Made by a program: the position numbers and the translations under genes
In this document: in pieces, positions 8,263 to 18,264 of the stretch
How the letters are laid out: each line of letters starts with the position of its first letter
Position numbering within the stretch: the stretch's first letter is position 1
Notes under the pieces: model-generated
What the model was told of the DNA's origin: nothing
The model's database searches: none
Seen by the model: the letters and a program-made list of their open reading frames with translations, nothing else
Source: Candidatus Woykebacteria bacterium
GTDB lineage: Bacteria; Patescibacteriota; Microgenomatia; Woykebacterales; RBG-16-39-9b
Direction: 5' to 3'
Assembly (NCBI GenBank): GCA_040876345.1
Contig: JBBDPM010000006.1
Location: 392,547-456,546 of the forward strand
Length of the DNA: 64,000 nucleotides

Positions 8263-9672
8263 CTATCCAACCGCTCCTACCATTTCTAGTTGAATTAATC
8301 TGTTTAGTTCGAGCGCATACTCTAAAGGTAGTTCCCGTACGATAGGCTCAATAAATCCATTGACAATCATGGAAGTGGCGTCGTTTTCGGAAAGACCACG
8401 AGACATTAAATAGAACAACTGATCTTCCCCAATTTTGGAAACAGAGGCTTCATGACCAACTTGCACATTTTCTTCATCTATTTGCATCGTTGGGTAAGTA
8501 TCGGATCTGGATTTATTGTCGAGGATCAAGGCGTCACAACGCACGTTAGATTTGGCACCCTTGGCGCCTTTTATCACTTTGAGCAACCCGCGGTAAGAAG
8601 AGCGGCCGCCGTCTTTCGAGATTGATTTAGAAATTATCTGAGACGAGGTGTAAGGCGCCAGATGAAAGGCCTTTCCACCTACATCCTGATGCTGGCCGGC
8701 TCCAGCAAAGGCGATGGAGAGTATCTCACCCCTGGCTCCCCTACCTTTCAAATAAACAGATGGGTATTTCATACTTATTTGCGATCCAAGATTGCCATCA
8801 ATCCACTCCATGGTAGCATCTTCTTCCACCATTGCCCGCTTTGTTACGAGATTGTAAACATTTTTACTCCAATTCTGAATTGTGGTGTAGCGACAGCGGG
8901 CCCCTTTTTTGACAAAAATTTCAACAACTGCAGCGTGCAGCGAATCAGTAGTGTAAATCGGCGCGGTACAGCCTTCGACGTAATGGACTTGGGCTCCTTC
9001 GTCAACGATAATTAGTGTCCGCTCAAACTGCCCCATTTGGGCCGCGTTTATGCGGAAGTAGGCTTGGAGGGGAACATCGACTTTGACGCCAGGTGGTACG
9101 TAAATGAAGGATCCACCAGACCACACAGCGCTATTTAGCGCGGCCAGTTTATTATCGGCCGGCGGAATCGCCCGGGCAAAATATTCTTTGAAATACTCTG
9201 GGTATTTTTTCAGAGCCGTATCGGTATCTAAAAAAATTACCCCTTTTTTCTCAAGATCGGCTCGTAAAGAATGGTAGATCACTTCACTGTCATACTGGGC
9301 CCCAACTCCACCAAGGTAGTTTTTTTCAGCCTCCGGAATACCGATTGCATCATATGTTTCGCGGATCTCGACAGGTAAATCTTCCCAACTTTTGCTCTGC
9401 TTTTCTGTCGGCTTTAGATAGTAATAAATCTCATCATAATTAATTCTCGAAAGATCGGCCCCCCATTTAGGCTGCTTTTTGGACTTGAAAATCTCATAGG
9501 CTCTGAGCCGAAACTCCCGCATCCAATCAGGCTCTTCTTTTTGATAAGAAATTTCTCCAACGATAGATTCGTCAAGACCTTTGCGGGTCTTAAAAACATA
9601 CTTTTCCGGCTTCGAGAACCCGTACTTCTCTCGATAGCCTTCGTTAACCTCAATTGTCGCTGTTTTTGACAT
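8263..9672 (-). CDS. sufB: Fe-S cluster assembly protein SufB
   Basis: [25 protein letters not shown]. Confidence 0.97.
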   Translation of the reverse strand: MSKTATIEVNEGYREKYGFSKPEKYVFKTRKGLDESIVGEISYQKEEPDWMREFRLRAYEIFKSKKQPKWGADLSRINYDEIYYYLKPTEKQSKSWEDLPVEIRETYDAIGIPEAEKNYLGGVGAQYDSEVIYHSLRADLEKKGVIFLDTDTALKKYPEYFKEYFARAIPPADNKLAALNSAVWSGGSFIYVPPGVKVDVPLQAYFRINAAQMGQFERTLIIVDEGAQVHYVEGCTAPIYTTDSLHAAVVEIFVKKGARCRYTTIQNWSKNVYNLVTKRAMVEEDATMEWIDGNLGSQISMKYPSVYLKGRGARGEILSIAFAGAGQHQDVGGKAFHLAPYTSSQIISKSISKDGGRSSYRGLLKVIKGAKGAKSNVRCDALILDNKSRSDTYPTMQIDEENVQVGHEASVSKIGEDQLFYLMSRGLSENDATSMIVNGFIEPIVRELPLEYALELNRLIQLEMVGAVG

Positions 9673-9681
9673 AATTAATTC

Positions 9682-10440
9682 TTATAGTTCGTAGGAACGC
9701 AGGGCGCGAAGCGATCTATTCTCAATTCTAGCGTAGCCTTTATCTTCAATCTCTTCGGCCAATTTATGATCTCCGCTTTTCACCACCTTACCATCTACCA
9801 AAATGTGCACAAAATCAGGCTGAATATATTTCAAAATTCTTTGGTAATGAGTGATCAGTAAAATTCCAATTTTTGGCCCCGAGGTCTTTTTTATTCCTTG
9901 AGCAACCAGTTTAAGTGCGTCAACGTCGAGTCCAGAGTCCGTCTCGTCAAGCACAGCATATCTAGGCTCCAAAACGGATAGCTGAAGCACTTCCATTTTC
10001 TTTTTCTCGCCTCCGGAAAAGCCGTCATTAATTCCCCGAGAAGCAAAAGATTCGTCAATCTTGAGCTCGCTCATTTTACCTTTCAAGCTTTTTATATATT
10101 CGGCGGTATTAACGTTGCCCTTTAGATTTTTCAGGGAAGTTCGCAAAAGATTGGCTGCTGATACACCGGGAACGGCCACTGGGTATTGCATGGCGAGAAA
10201 CAAACCGGCCTTCGCTCTTTTGTCTGGAGTGAGGCTGGTTATATCTTTCCCATCGAGTTTAATGGATCCCGCTGTAATTTGGTAACGTGGGTGACCCATA
10301 AGAGCAAGCGATAGAGAACTTTTACCCGAGCCATTGGGACCCATAAGAGCGTGAATTTCCCCAGGCTTAATTTTCAAAGAAACACCTTTGAGAATTTTTT
10401 TACGGTCTGTAGAAACATGAAGGTTTTTAATCTCTAACAT
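9682..10440 (-). CDS. sufC: Fe-S assembly ATPase SufC
   Basis: GPNGSGKS, FSGGEKKK, LDETDSGLDVD. Confidence 0.97.
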   Translation of the reverse strand: MLEIKNLHVSTDRKKILKGVSLKIKPGEIHALMGPNGSGKSSLSLALMGHPRYQITAGSIKLDGKDITSLTPDKRAKAGLFLAMQYPVAVPGVSAANLLRTSLKNLKGNVNTAEYIKSLKGKMSELKIDESFASRGINDGFSGGEKKKMEVLQLSVLEPRYAVLDETDSGLDVDALKLVAQGIKKTSGPKIGILLITHYQRILKYIQPDFVHILVDGKVVKSGDHKLAEEIEDKGYARIENRSLRALRSYEL

Positions 10441-10556
10441 TTGGGCCCAAGTTTAGCACATGATTATGGAAGAATCTAGATGAGTAGCGAAATAAGTGTG
10501 GCGGAGAGACAGCTCGAAAGAGATGTCCCTCCACAGATGGTTGTTGTAAGTGTTGG

Positions 10557-11174
10557 TCAGATGATCCCGCGCTGCCACCCCAAAACCGCCGAATGGACTC
10601 GGTTCTTCGCACCTAACTTCCGGTTTATCACCCTAAAGTGTGTTCGAACCGTGTGTTCGGAGATGCATAATGTATCAGCGATCATTCTGTTGGTCTTGCC
10701 TTCTCTCAGTTGTTGAAGTACCTCGATCTCACGAGGCGTCAACTCCTCTTCAACACCGCCGGCGCCGTTGCTGGCAGACTCTAGCGCGAGACGAACGGCA
10801 AGAGGTTTGGACAATACTGTCCTACCTGCCAATGCATCACTGAATGCGGCGATGAAACCCTGAGTATCGAATGACTCATCGATCACTCCAGCAACACCCG
10901 CTTGAAGCGCTTTGCGTGCCATGGAATCTTCCACGGACGTGATCGGGAGGTAGAGTAGTTTCGCCTCAGGATAGAACCCCTGAAGTTCATCGACTCTACC
11001 TTGAACGTCATTCCCCTTAACTGAGAAGAGAACAAGGTCGAACTTATACCTCTTCTCCTTTTCAGGAAGTGATTCCAGGCGCACCTCGATCGATTGCTTC
11101 TGCGATATGATGAGAGCCACGATTGCCTCTTCCAGGAGCTCGCTTCCCAACGATACTAGCATTCGGACTGTCAT
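10557..11174 (-). CDS. NarL/LuxR-family regulator with a degenerate receiver domain
   Basis: LTPREIEVL...G.TN..IA..L.ISE.TV..H HTH; AAGGAGGT RBS before ATG 11174. Confidence 0.85.
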   Translation of the reverse strand: MTVRMLVSLGSELLEEAIVALIISQKQSIEVRLESLPEKEKRYKFDLVLFSVKGNDVQGRVDELQGFYPEAKLLYLPITSVEDSMARKALQAGVAGVIDESFDTQGFIAAFSDALAGRTVLSKPLAVRLALESASNGAGGVEEELTPREIEVLQQLREGKTNRMIADTLCISEHTVRTHFRVINRKLGAKNRVHSAVLGWQRGII

Positions 11175-11254
11175 TCTTCGAACCTCCTTGTTCCTCTGAA
11201 CACTGAATCGGCTTCCGTCGATCTTCCTTGACCTTAAGCTTACAACCAGGCTGG

Positions 11255-11283
11255 ATACTAATATTAAATTCACAAATTGTCAA
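11255..11283 (-). promoter_or_regulatory. Sigma70 promoter of the LuxR-family gene
   Basis: TTGACA-17-TAGTAT. Confidence 0.7.
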
Positions 11284-11382
11284 CAAAATCTAAGAAAATT
11301 ATGATGGGTAGGAAAATAGTTTAGTGCGGGCGGAGGCTGAATGAGCAAGCTCACTAGCCTCTCCCCCGCACACTGTCGCGCC

Positions 11383-12045
11383 TCAGATGGCAGGCGGTCG
11401 GCAGAGGGGCGGGATCTCGAAGCCCTTATCGATCCGGTCCACGATTGTGTACGTGACCGTGAATTCCGAGAGTTCTCCGTACCCGATCATCCCCACGCCA
11501 TTGAACGTCCCAGCTGCCGATGCGAAAGCAAGGTGCTTACGCATCAAGTTATGGTAGCCGAAGTCGCCGTCTTCGTAGCAGTCCTTCGTGTCGAAAGCGA
11601 CTGGGTTGCCATCGGCCGTTAGCTCGACCCTGAGGTCGTAGCTGAAGTTGCCGACATAGACAGCGTCCTGGCCTCGCGGCAGGTACACCTCGGCTGTCAC
11701 CAACGAGCTGAGGTTGTATGTCGCCAACCCAGCTCCTGCCTTCACGTCCACGAAGGCGTAGCCAGTGGTGTACCAGAAGTCACGGCACCGCCAGAACTTG
11801 CACCGGTACGTCCGGGTTTCCACCTTCACGTTCGGGTAGAACTCGCCGGTGTCCGGGTCTTGGTACGACGGTTCGTAGACGCTCACGTTCACGTCTGTGT
11901 GAAAGTTGCGCCCGTGGTCGATGGTCATAGCCGCAAACACGGAGGACCCTTCGACCGTCTCCTGCGTGACGTTGGCCGACACGAGAGTCGGAACCAGCGC
12001 CAGCAGAGCTACCATGGCGATCACGATTCCTAGTAACCGTTTCAC
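11383..12045 (-). CDS. Secreted orphan protein, GC-rich
   Basis: Signal peptide MKRLLG...VSA; GGAGGT RBS; long hairpin downstream at about 11323-11372. Confidence 0.7.
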   Translation of the reverse strand: MKRLLGIVIAMVALLALVPTLVSANVTQETVEGSSVFAAMTIDHGRNFHTDVNVSVYEPSYQDPDTGEFYPNVKVETRTYRCKFWRCRDFWYTTGYAFVDVKAGAGLATYNLSSLVTAEVYLPRGQDAVYVGNFSYDLRVELTADGNPVAFDTKDCYEDGDFGYHNLMRKHLAFASAAGTFNGVGMIGYGELSEFTVTYTIVDRIDKGFEIPPLCRPPAI

Positions 12046-12100
12046 TATGCACCTCCAATGTGCTTTTCCGCTAAACGTTTGTTAGCGCGAATTAGCTATA

Positions 12101-12129
12101 AATATAGCATATAATAGCCTAAAAGTCAA
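12101..12129 (-). promoter_or_regulatory. Sigma70 promoter
   Basis: TTGACT-17-TATATT. Confidence 0.7.
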
Positions 12130-12246
12130 CACTATAAGACGTTATGTATCTTCAAACCTTCCGCAGCAGCTCGGTTTTCAGGTACTATCACGTCTTGCGT
12201 TAGCCATCTTAATGGCTAACTAAGATCTTTAATTTGTAATTTTTAT

Positions 12247-12486
12247 TTAGGGGTAGATTTGTTTACCTTCTTTATCTTCAAGGAAAATGGCTAGTACGGG
12301 GCAGCTGCGGGCGGCGGCTATTATATCTGCACCCGAATCTTTACCTTTAAACCCAGGCTTTCCTTCGACAAGCTCAGGACTCCGTATCACTGCTTTCAAC
12401 TCATCATCAAGATCAAAAGTGTCTGGTGCGAGCACCACACAAGTTCCCGCCCCGATACATAAATCTCTGTCAATACGTATTTTCAT
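12247..12486 (-). CDS. Single-cluster ferredoxin (paralog of 2561-2776)
   Basis: CIGAGTC...CPVLAI; start overlaps the ispH stop. Confidence 0.9.
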   Translation of the reverse strand: MKIRIDRDLCIGAGTCVVLAPDTFDLDDELKAVIRSPELVEGKPGFKGKDSGADIIAAARSCPVLAIFLEDKEGKQIYP

Positions 12487-13430
12487 ATACTAATTCTACC
12501 CCTCACCTCTGCGGGTAATGGAAAATACACATTTTCCTCAACTGCTTCTACTTCTTGTATCTTCTCAACTCCAAGTTTCTTAAAATAACTAATCGCTTCA
12601 TCTATTAGATATTCTGGGACTGAGGCGCCAGAAGTTAGACCAACCACTTTTGCGCCCTCTAACCACTTATCGTTTATATAAGTAACATCATCAATAAGGT
12701 AAGCACGGGAACCGTAAGATTCTGCTACCTCCCGAAGCCTATTAGAATTTGAAGAGGTTTCTGAGCCAATTACCAAGACAAGTTCTGCTTTTTTAGCCAA
12801 CAGCTTCACCGCTGCTTGTCTATTTTCGGTTGCGTAACAGATGTCTTTTGATGGAGGAAATAAAGCCCGAGGAAATTTCTTTCTTAAAATATCAATAATT
12901 TCACTAGTATCGTCCAAGGATAACGTAGTCTGGGTTAGGATAGCAATTTCGTCCCTTTTTACATCAATTTTTTCTGCATCAATTTTATTATCAACTAAAT
13001 AATACTCTCCATTAACGCCTCTTACCTCTCCCTCGACCCCGATAGGTTCTAGATGCCCCCGATGCCCTACTTGAATAATCGTGTAACCTTTTTGGGCATA
13101 AGTTTTAGCTTCAACATGCACCTTAGTAACTAATGGGCAAACTGCATCTATCAACTTTAAATTTCTATTTTTTGCTTCTTCGTATTGGTGAGGCGGGGAT
13201 CCATGAGCACTAAAAACAACAACAGAATTCTTCGGTATTTCTTTAACTTCTTCTACGAATATTGCGCCTTTTCTCTCAAGATCTTTTACAACATTAACGT
13301 TGTGAACAATAGCATGCTTAACATAAACTGGGGGGCTATAAATTTCCAGTACCTTTTCTACCGCCTCAACAGCCCGGGCCACTCCCGCACAATAGCCGCG
13401 TGGTTTAGCAAGGATGAGAGTATTAACCAT
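12483..13430 (-). CDS. ispH: 4-hydroxy-3-methylbut-2-enyl diphosphate reductase
   Basis: PRGYCAGV, SAHG, DAVCPLV, DICYAT.NRQ, SSNS, GASVP. Confidence 0.96.
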   Translation of the reverse strand: MVNTLILAKPRGYCAGVARAVEAVEKVLEIYSPPVYVKHAIVHNVNVVKDLERKGAIFVEEVKEIPKNSVVVFSAHGSPPHQYEEAKNRNLKLIDAVCPLVTKVHVEAKTYAQKGYTIIQVGHRGHLEPIGVEGEVRGVNGEYYLVDNKIDAEKIDVKRDEIAILTQTTLSLDDTSEIIDILRKKFPRALFPPSKDICYATENRQAAVKLLAKKAELVLVIGSETSSNSNRLREVAESYGSRAYLIDDVTYINDKWLEGAKVVGLTSGASVPEYLIDEAISYFKKLGVEKIQEVEAVEENVYFPLPAEVRGRISI

Positions 13431-13492
13431 AAATTAGTACTAATAAGTTACTATTAATTCTACGCGTCAGGTTACAATCTATTTCAAGATCC

Positions 13493-14392
13493 CTATGAGC
13501 TTAATCTTTTTCCAATAATATTCTGATAACAATTTTTAACCTTGTGTTTTACCTCCGAATAATTATATACCACATAGTAGGCTGCCAGCGCGTAAACTAT
13601 TCCCCCAATCACGTCGATAACATAATGTTCCCCAAGATACACAATCGAAAACCACACTAATATCGGGTACGGCAGAAAAAACCAGAAAAGTTTTTTGGAA
13701 TAAGCTCTCAAAGCAAGCAGAGCAAGTAGTGGGTAGGCTGAGTGAAGTGAGGGCATGGCGGCTACTGGGTTGGGATTTAAGCGTGAATAATAATACGATA
13801 GGTTCCAAGTCCAGCCTAGATGATCTACTGCCAAATTAGTTATTTTTGTCACGTGGATTAAGCCTTCATTGGCTGCGTACCAAGGAGGGGCGGCCGGGAA
13901 AAACAAAAAGGTAATAAATCCTGAAAAGGACAGCACGATAAGCGCAATTATATAGCGATAATAATGTGATTTATCTCGGAGCCACAAAAAGAAAGCAACC
14001 CCCAAAGGCAGTGGAAAATGTAGAAAGTACACAATCATGGCCCCAATATCCACAAAACCAATCTGCCCGCTCGTGTAAAAAAGGCTCTGAAGAACCTCGG
14101 TTGGAATGTGACCAGCAAACAAAAACTTCTCTGCATCCACCAAAAGCTTTACGTGAGGCGCAAAGAAGTTATCCGCAAAACCACGCAGCATTTCATAGGC
14201 TAAAACTAAAGCAAAAAACGGTGTCCAATCCTTTAGAAAAGTGATCCCACGCCCAGCAATCACTGCCCCAAAAAGTAGAAAGATAAACAAACGGTCCGGA
14301 GTGATGGAAATGTTACGAGCGATCATCAAAATAACGACAGTTGCAAGATAAGCAATCAAAAGAGCCGTAATTACATTTTGTCTTTTTGTCAT
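13493..14392 (-). CDS. PAP2_3 / Aur1-like membrane phosphoesterase or phosphotransferase
   Basis: PAAPPW, AMPSLH, HYVID motifs; multiple TM segments. Confidence 0.85.
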   Translation of the reverse strand: MTKRQNVITALLIAYLATVVILMIARNISITPDRLFIFLLFGAVIAGRGITFLKDWTPFFALVLAYEMLRGFADNFFAPHVKLLVDAEKFLFAGHIPTEVLQSLFYTSGQIGFVDIGAMIVYFLHFPLPLGVAFFLWLRDKSHYYRYIIALIVLSFSGFITFLFFPAAPPWYAANEGLIHVTKITNLAVDHLGWTWNLSYYYSRLNPNPVAAMPSLHSAYPLLALLALRAYSKKLFWFFLPYPILVWFSIVYLGEHYVIDVIGGIVYALAAYYVVYNYSEVKHKVKNCYQNIIGKRLSS

Positions 14393-14467
14393 GATTAATA
14401 TATCTTACCTTTTAAGAACTAGATACACCAATTTGCTTATACGAAGCTCATATTTTACACTATAGTT

Positions 14468-15424
14468 ATGCAAGATGTTCCCGAAGATCCAGGAAGCCTG
14501 GGAATTCCCCCTGAGGAAATGATGACGGAAAGGGGAAAGGAAGAAATAGGCGAAAAATTCAAAGCCCAATTACCTAAATTTAAAGAGCGCCGTTATAATC
14601 TCGATTGGGATCTATTTAAATCGGAGACATACAAGGAAGTTGACCTTGACGAAAAGCGTCTTTTTGTCAACTATCGTCATGATACACCGCATTCAACGAG
14701 TTACGAACGAATTTATTTCGCTTATGATTTCCAGGCAGATTCATTCGAGCCCACTTCTGAAGCAGATGTCGCTATGGGTGGTGTACGTTTTTATAAAGCC
14801 AGGCGAATTGCCGGCCAATATTCAAGAGAACATGAGAGCCTTTATGTAGACCATTCTGATTCTGATTATTCTATTGTGGATCCCAACACTACTGTTCCTC
14901 ACATCCTTTATGAGCTAAATATTTTTTCTGGGGAAAAGAGGAGGGATGCGCTCGGTGAAGATAACACAAATCAGGAAACTGAGCCAGAATTATCTAATAG
15001 TACTTATATTTGTCCGATGTACGATAATAACGAGCTGACTGGTATAGACTTTAAGGGTCCATTAACTGAGATGGGTGGCCGTTCTAGACCAAATTTCGAA
15101 ACGACTCAAGAAATTGAGGGATTAGCTCAAAGAGCATCTGTAAAGGAAGGAGTCGAGTTTAAAGACCACAAAGGTCAAATTTGGGCTCGCGTATCTTATA
15201 ATTCGACTGACCGAAACTTTGAATTTGAATTTCGTGACTCGCAACAACAGCCGGCATATTTGATACATGTTCCACGACGTATTGGCGCTAAATTTGTATC
15301 CGATGAGACAAGGGCGAAAGTTTTACTTGACCATCCTGAACTACCACCAGAAGTGGATGAGTATTGGAAAAGAGCGGATTTTAGCGCTTTACTCGGAATC
15401 AAGATCGAACCGGTTGTCGGTTAA
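14468..15424 (+). CDS. Hypothetical acidic protein
   Basis: 318-aa ORF; TACACT -10 box directly before the ATG. Confidence 0.7.
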   Translation: MQDVPEDPGSLGIPPEEMMTERGKEEIGEKFKAQLPKFKERRYNLDWDLFKSETYKEVDLDEKRLFVNYRHDTPHSTSYERIYFAYDFQADSFEPTSEADVAMGGVRFYKARRIAGQYSREHESLYVDHSDSDYSIVDPNTTVPHILYELNIFSGEKRRDALGEDNTNQETEPELSNSTYICPMYDNNELTGIDFKGPLTEMGGRSRPNFETTQEIEGLAQRASVKEGVEFKDHKGQIWARVSYNSTDRNFEFEFRDSQQQPAYLIHVPRRIGAKFVSDETRAKVLLDHPELPPEVDEYWKRADFSALLGIKIEPVVG

Positions 15425-16282
15425 CTACCAAACCCCATATTTTTGCAGAAACTTTTCGAGAATTAGACCAGAATCTTTCATCTTTTTGGCATTTCCGACT
15501 CCGATATAACGAAAATGCCAAGGTTCGTAGGTATAACCAGTAATATTTTCATAGCCGGCTGGGTATGAGAGAACGAACCCGTATTTATAGGCGTTTTGGG
15601 CAAGCCATTTCCCTTCAGCAGTGTTACCGTACGCAGCCATCAATTTGTAATTAACCGAGGATGAAGTTATGTCGAGTGCCGTCCCAAGTTGATGTTGAGA
15701 AAATCCGGGCCGAGCACTAAACCTATCAGCCTCGGCTACTCCCACCTGAGAAACCCAGTAATTATAGGTAGTGACTTGAGTTTGATAGGATCGATAGGCT
15801 GAATTAACCATGTAGTCATACCCTTTTTTATTTCCGTCTTTAATCATTTTTAGTAATGCATCTGCTGCTTCTTTCCGAAGCTGCATCCCCGGGTATCCAA
15901 GCTTAATACTATTATCTAAAACCACAAGACCGACTGGTACATAGGTTGAAGGCAAACGGATAGTTTTGTTTATTAAAACCAAAAGATTATCACCCTTATT
16001 TGTAGTTTTAATCGCAGGCTTTGGTGGTGTATAAACAGATTGACCGGCTACTGATACTTTTTCTTTTAGGACAAGGGGTTTTGAGGCCTTTGTTTCTTTT
16101 GGCGGGCTTGAGTCTTCCGCTGTCAACACACTAGAATCGACTGGCAAATCCTGGCTTGCTAAAACAACACTTTGCTCAATCTTTGGATCAGGTGGTGCTA
16201 AATAGTAAAGATTAACAAAGGCGAAAATGGCCCCGATAGCAACAAAAAGGAAAAGCGAGAAAAGAGCAAGTTTAAGCTTCAT
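15425..16282 (-). CDS. M15B D,D-carboxypeptidase (VanY-like), membrane anchored
   Basis: SAYRS, SARPGFSQHQLG.A.D, YEPWH. Confidence 0.93.
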   Translation of the reverse strand: MKLKLALFSLFLFVAIGAIFAFVNLYYLAPPDPKIEQSVVLASQDLPVDSSVLTAEDSSPPKETKASKPLVLKEKVSVAGQSVYTPPKPAIKTTNKGDNLLVLINKTIRLPSTYVPVGLVVLDNSIKLGYPGMQLRKEAADALLKMIKDGNKKGYDYMVNSAYRSYQTQVTTYNYWVSQVGVAEADRFSARPGFSQHQLGTALDITSSSVNYKLMAAYGNTAEGKWLAQNAYKYGFVLSYPAGYENITGYTYEPWHFRYIGVGNAKKMKDSGLILEKFLQKYGVW

Positions 16283-16283
16283 G

Positions 16284-17645
16284 TTAAAATTCAGCTGCAG
16301 CAGACCCTACTCCTTCAGACCAAGTAGGGTAGGCAAATATAGCTTTTCCAATTGTGCTGATAGGAACTTTCCCAGCCATAGCGACAACAATCTGGTGGAT
16401 TAACTCGCCAGCCTGAGGACCAACAATGAAGGATCCGAGAACCTGGCCGGTTTCATCGTCCAGGATTTTTACAAAACCGTCATATTCTGCCTGAGTAGTC
16501 GCCTTGCCAAGATTTTTAAATTCAAAAATATTTTTGGTGTATTTAACTCCCTCTTCTTTTAGCTTTTCTTCCGTCTTGCCTACCCCGGCAATCTCTGGGT
16601 CGGAAAAGGCTACCCAAGGCACAACGCGATAGTCGGTTTTGACAGGTTCTTTATCTGTCAAGGCGTTGTAGGCTGCGTGAATCGCCTGATAGGTGGCCAT
16701 GTGGGTAAACTGCATAATTCCGGTGATGTCGCCGGCTGCGTAAATATTCTCAACTTTAGTCTTAAGATATTCGTCCACCACAATTCCTTTTTTGGTAGTT
16801 TCCACTCCAGTTACTTCGATATTTAGCCCGTCAAAATCTGGCCTTCGCCCAGTTGCCATAAGCACTTCTTCGGCTTCAAACATCTGCGTCTGCCCACCAC
16901 CAATATCAACTGTCGCCCTTTTCAAAGCGCCATTTTTCTCAAATTTCAACACTTTTGAATTCAAGTGAATTTTTATTCCTTGTCTTTTTAACACTTCGGC
17001 TAAAGCATTGGCAGCTTCAGCGTCCGATGCTGGAATTATGTGAGGGGCGGCCTCAAAAATAGTGACGTCCACTCCAAAACGGGAGAAAATCTCGGAAAAT
17101 TCTATTCCGACTGCTCCGGCACCAACAATTAATACAGATTTCGGCAAGGCCTTGAGGTCGACTGCTTCATTTGAGGTAATGAACCCAACTTGATCCAAAC
17201 CTTCGATTGGGAAAACAGCTGGCTGTGAACCTCCAGTAATGATAATTTTTCTGGCTTTGATAATTTCTTCGCCCACCTTTACTTCAGTGGGAGACTGGAA
17301 ACTTGCTTGTCCCCAGTAAAGATCTACCCCCTGAGATTTTAAGGACTCTTCAGATTCATGACTTACTCGCTCGGCCACCACTTTGTCTTTCCACTCCTGC
17401 ACCTTTGCCCAATCGAAACGGACATTGTCGGCAAATAAACCGTATTTTTCGGCTTGTTTAAATTCAGAAAAAAGATCGGCGGAATGGAGTAGTGCTTTTG
17501 TAGGAATACAAGCCCGGTTTGGACAGTCGCCCCCAAGCTTCCATTTTTCGGCAATTGCGGTTTTAGCACCCATACCGGAAGCCTGACCAGCAGCCACCAT
17601 CCCCGCACTCCCGGCACCAATTACAAAAGCGTCATATTCTTTCAT
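16284..17645 (-). CDS. Class I pyridine nucleotide-disulfide oxidoreductase (Lpd/MerA-like)
   Basis: GGDCPNRACIPTK redox disulfide; no C-terminal CC pair. Confidence 0.88.
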   Translation of the reverse strand: MKEYDAFVIGAGSAGMVAAGQASGMGAKTAIAEKWKLGGDCPNRACIPTKALLHSADLFSEFKQAEKYGLFADNVRFDWAKVQEWKDKVVAERVSHESEESLKSQGVDLYWGQASFQSPTEVKVGEEIIKARKIIITGGSQPAVFPIEGLDQVGFITSNEAVDLKALPKSVLIVGAGAVGIEFSEIFSRFGVDVTIFEAAPHIIPASDAEAANALAEVLKRQGIKIHLNSKVLKFEKNGALKRATVDIGGGQTQMFEAEEVLMATGRRPDFDGLNIEVTGVETTKKGIVVDEYLKTKVENIYAAGDITGIMQFTHMATYQAIHAAYNALTDKEPVKTDYRVVPWVAFSDPEIAGVGKTEEKLKEEGVKYTKNIFEFKNLGKATTQAEYDGFVKILDDETGQVLGSFIVGPQAGELIHQIVVAMAGKVPISTIGKAIFAYPTWSEGVGSAAAEF

Positions 17646-17696
17646 CTTATTTTAAGAATAAAGGAACCACTATGGTCTTTCAAGGGTTAAAAATGG

Positions 17697-17725
17697 AAGA
17701 GGCCTCGATGGCTTCGAGGTCTCTT
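17697..17725 (-). terminator. Hairpin downstream of the sigma-R4 gene
   Basis: aagaggcctcga-tggct-tcgaggtctctt. Confidence 0.55.
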
Positions 17726-17744
17726 GGTTTGATGATCTACCTTC

Positions 17745-18176
17745 CTATTCTTTTGGAATTGGATGGTAGCCGAGCAGGACTTTGGCAATAACAGGATGGC
17801 GCAGGTCCCTCAGCCCGAAACTTCGGTACTGATGGATTGTAGCCCTGGTAACCTTTACTTCTTCCGCCACCTGCTTATCAATTCTACTACCACCGTTATC
17901 GAGGCCGTAGAGCCGGATGAGTACCTGCTGTGTCTTTGGAGTAAGGCGAGACAAAGCCCACCTTACGGCGTCGGCGTTCGGTAGCTTTCGATACTCCCCA
18001 CTGAAGATGTCATTCATGAACGGCCCGAAATCGGCATCATCTGCCACTCTCAACCGCTTTTTGGGCCAGTTCCTGTACGAACGAGGCTTGAGCACTCGGG
18101 CGCAGTTCATGCAGAACTTCCCCGACTTCGGTGTTTCCTCCTTACACCGACGACACTTGGTCATCTCAAGTTCCAT
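17745..18176 (-). CDS. Zinc ribbon plus sigma70 region-4 domain protein
   Basis: CRRC..FCMNC; L..LT...Q.VL...YGL...VA....VTR..I.Q....LR.LRHP; AGGAGG RBS before ATG 18176. Confidence 0.75.
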   Translation of the reverse strand: MELEMTKCRRCKEETPKSGKFCMNCARVLKPRSYRNWPKKRLRVADDADFGPFMNDIFSGEYRKLPNADAVRWALSRLTPKTQQVLIRLYGLDNGGSRIDKQVAEEVKVTRATIHQYRSFGLRDLRHPVIAKVLLGYHPIPKE

Positions 18177-18264
18177 TTGATCTATCCTCCTGCAACTAGT
18201 GAATGGGCTGCGTCTCCCGGATTTTGGGCCTGACCATAGCACAACTGGATCTAAATATCAACTC

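Noticed and set aside
16284-17645. Mercuric reductase (merA) or lpdA symbol
   Set aside because: No C-terminal CC pair and no dehydrogenase-complex context; left at family level.
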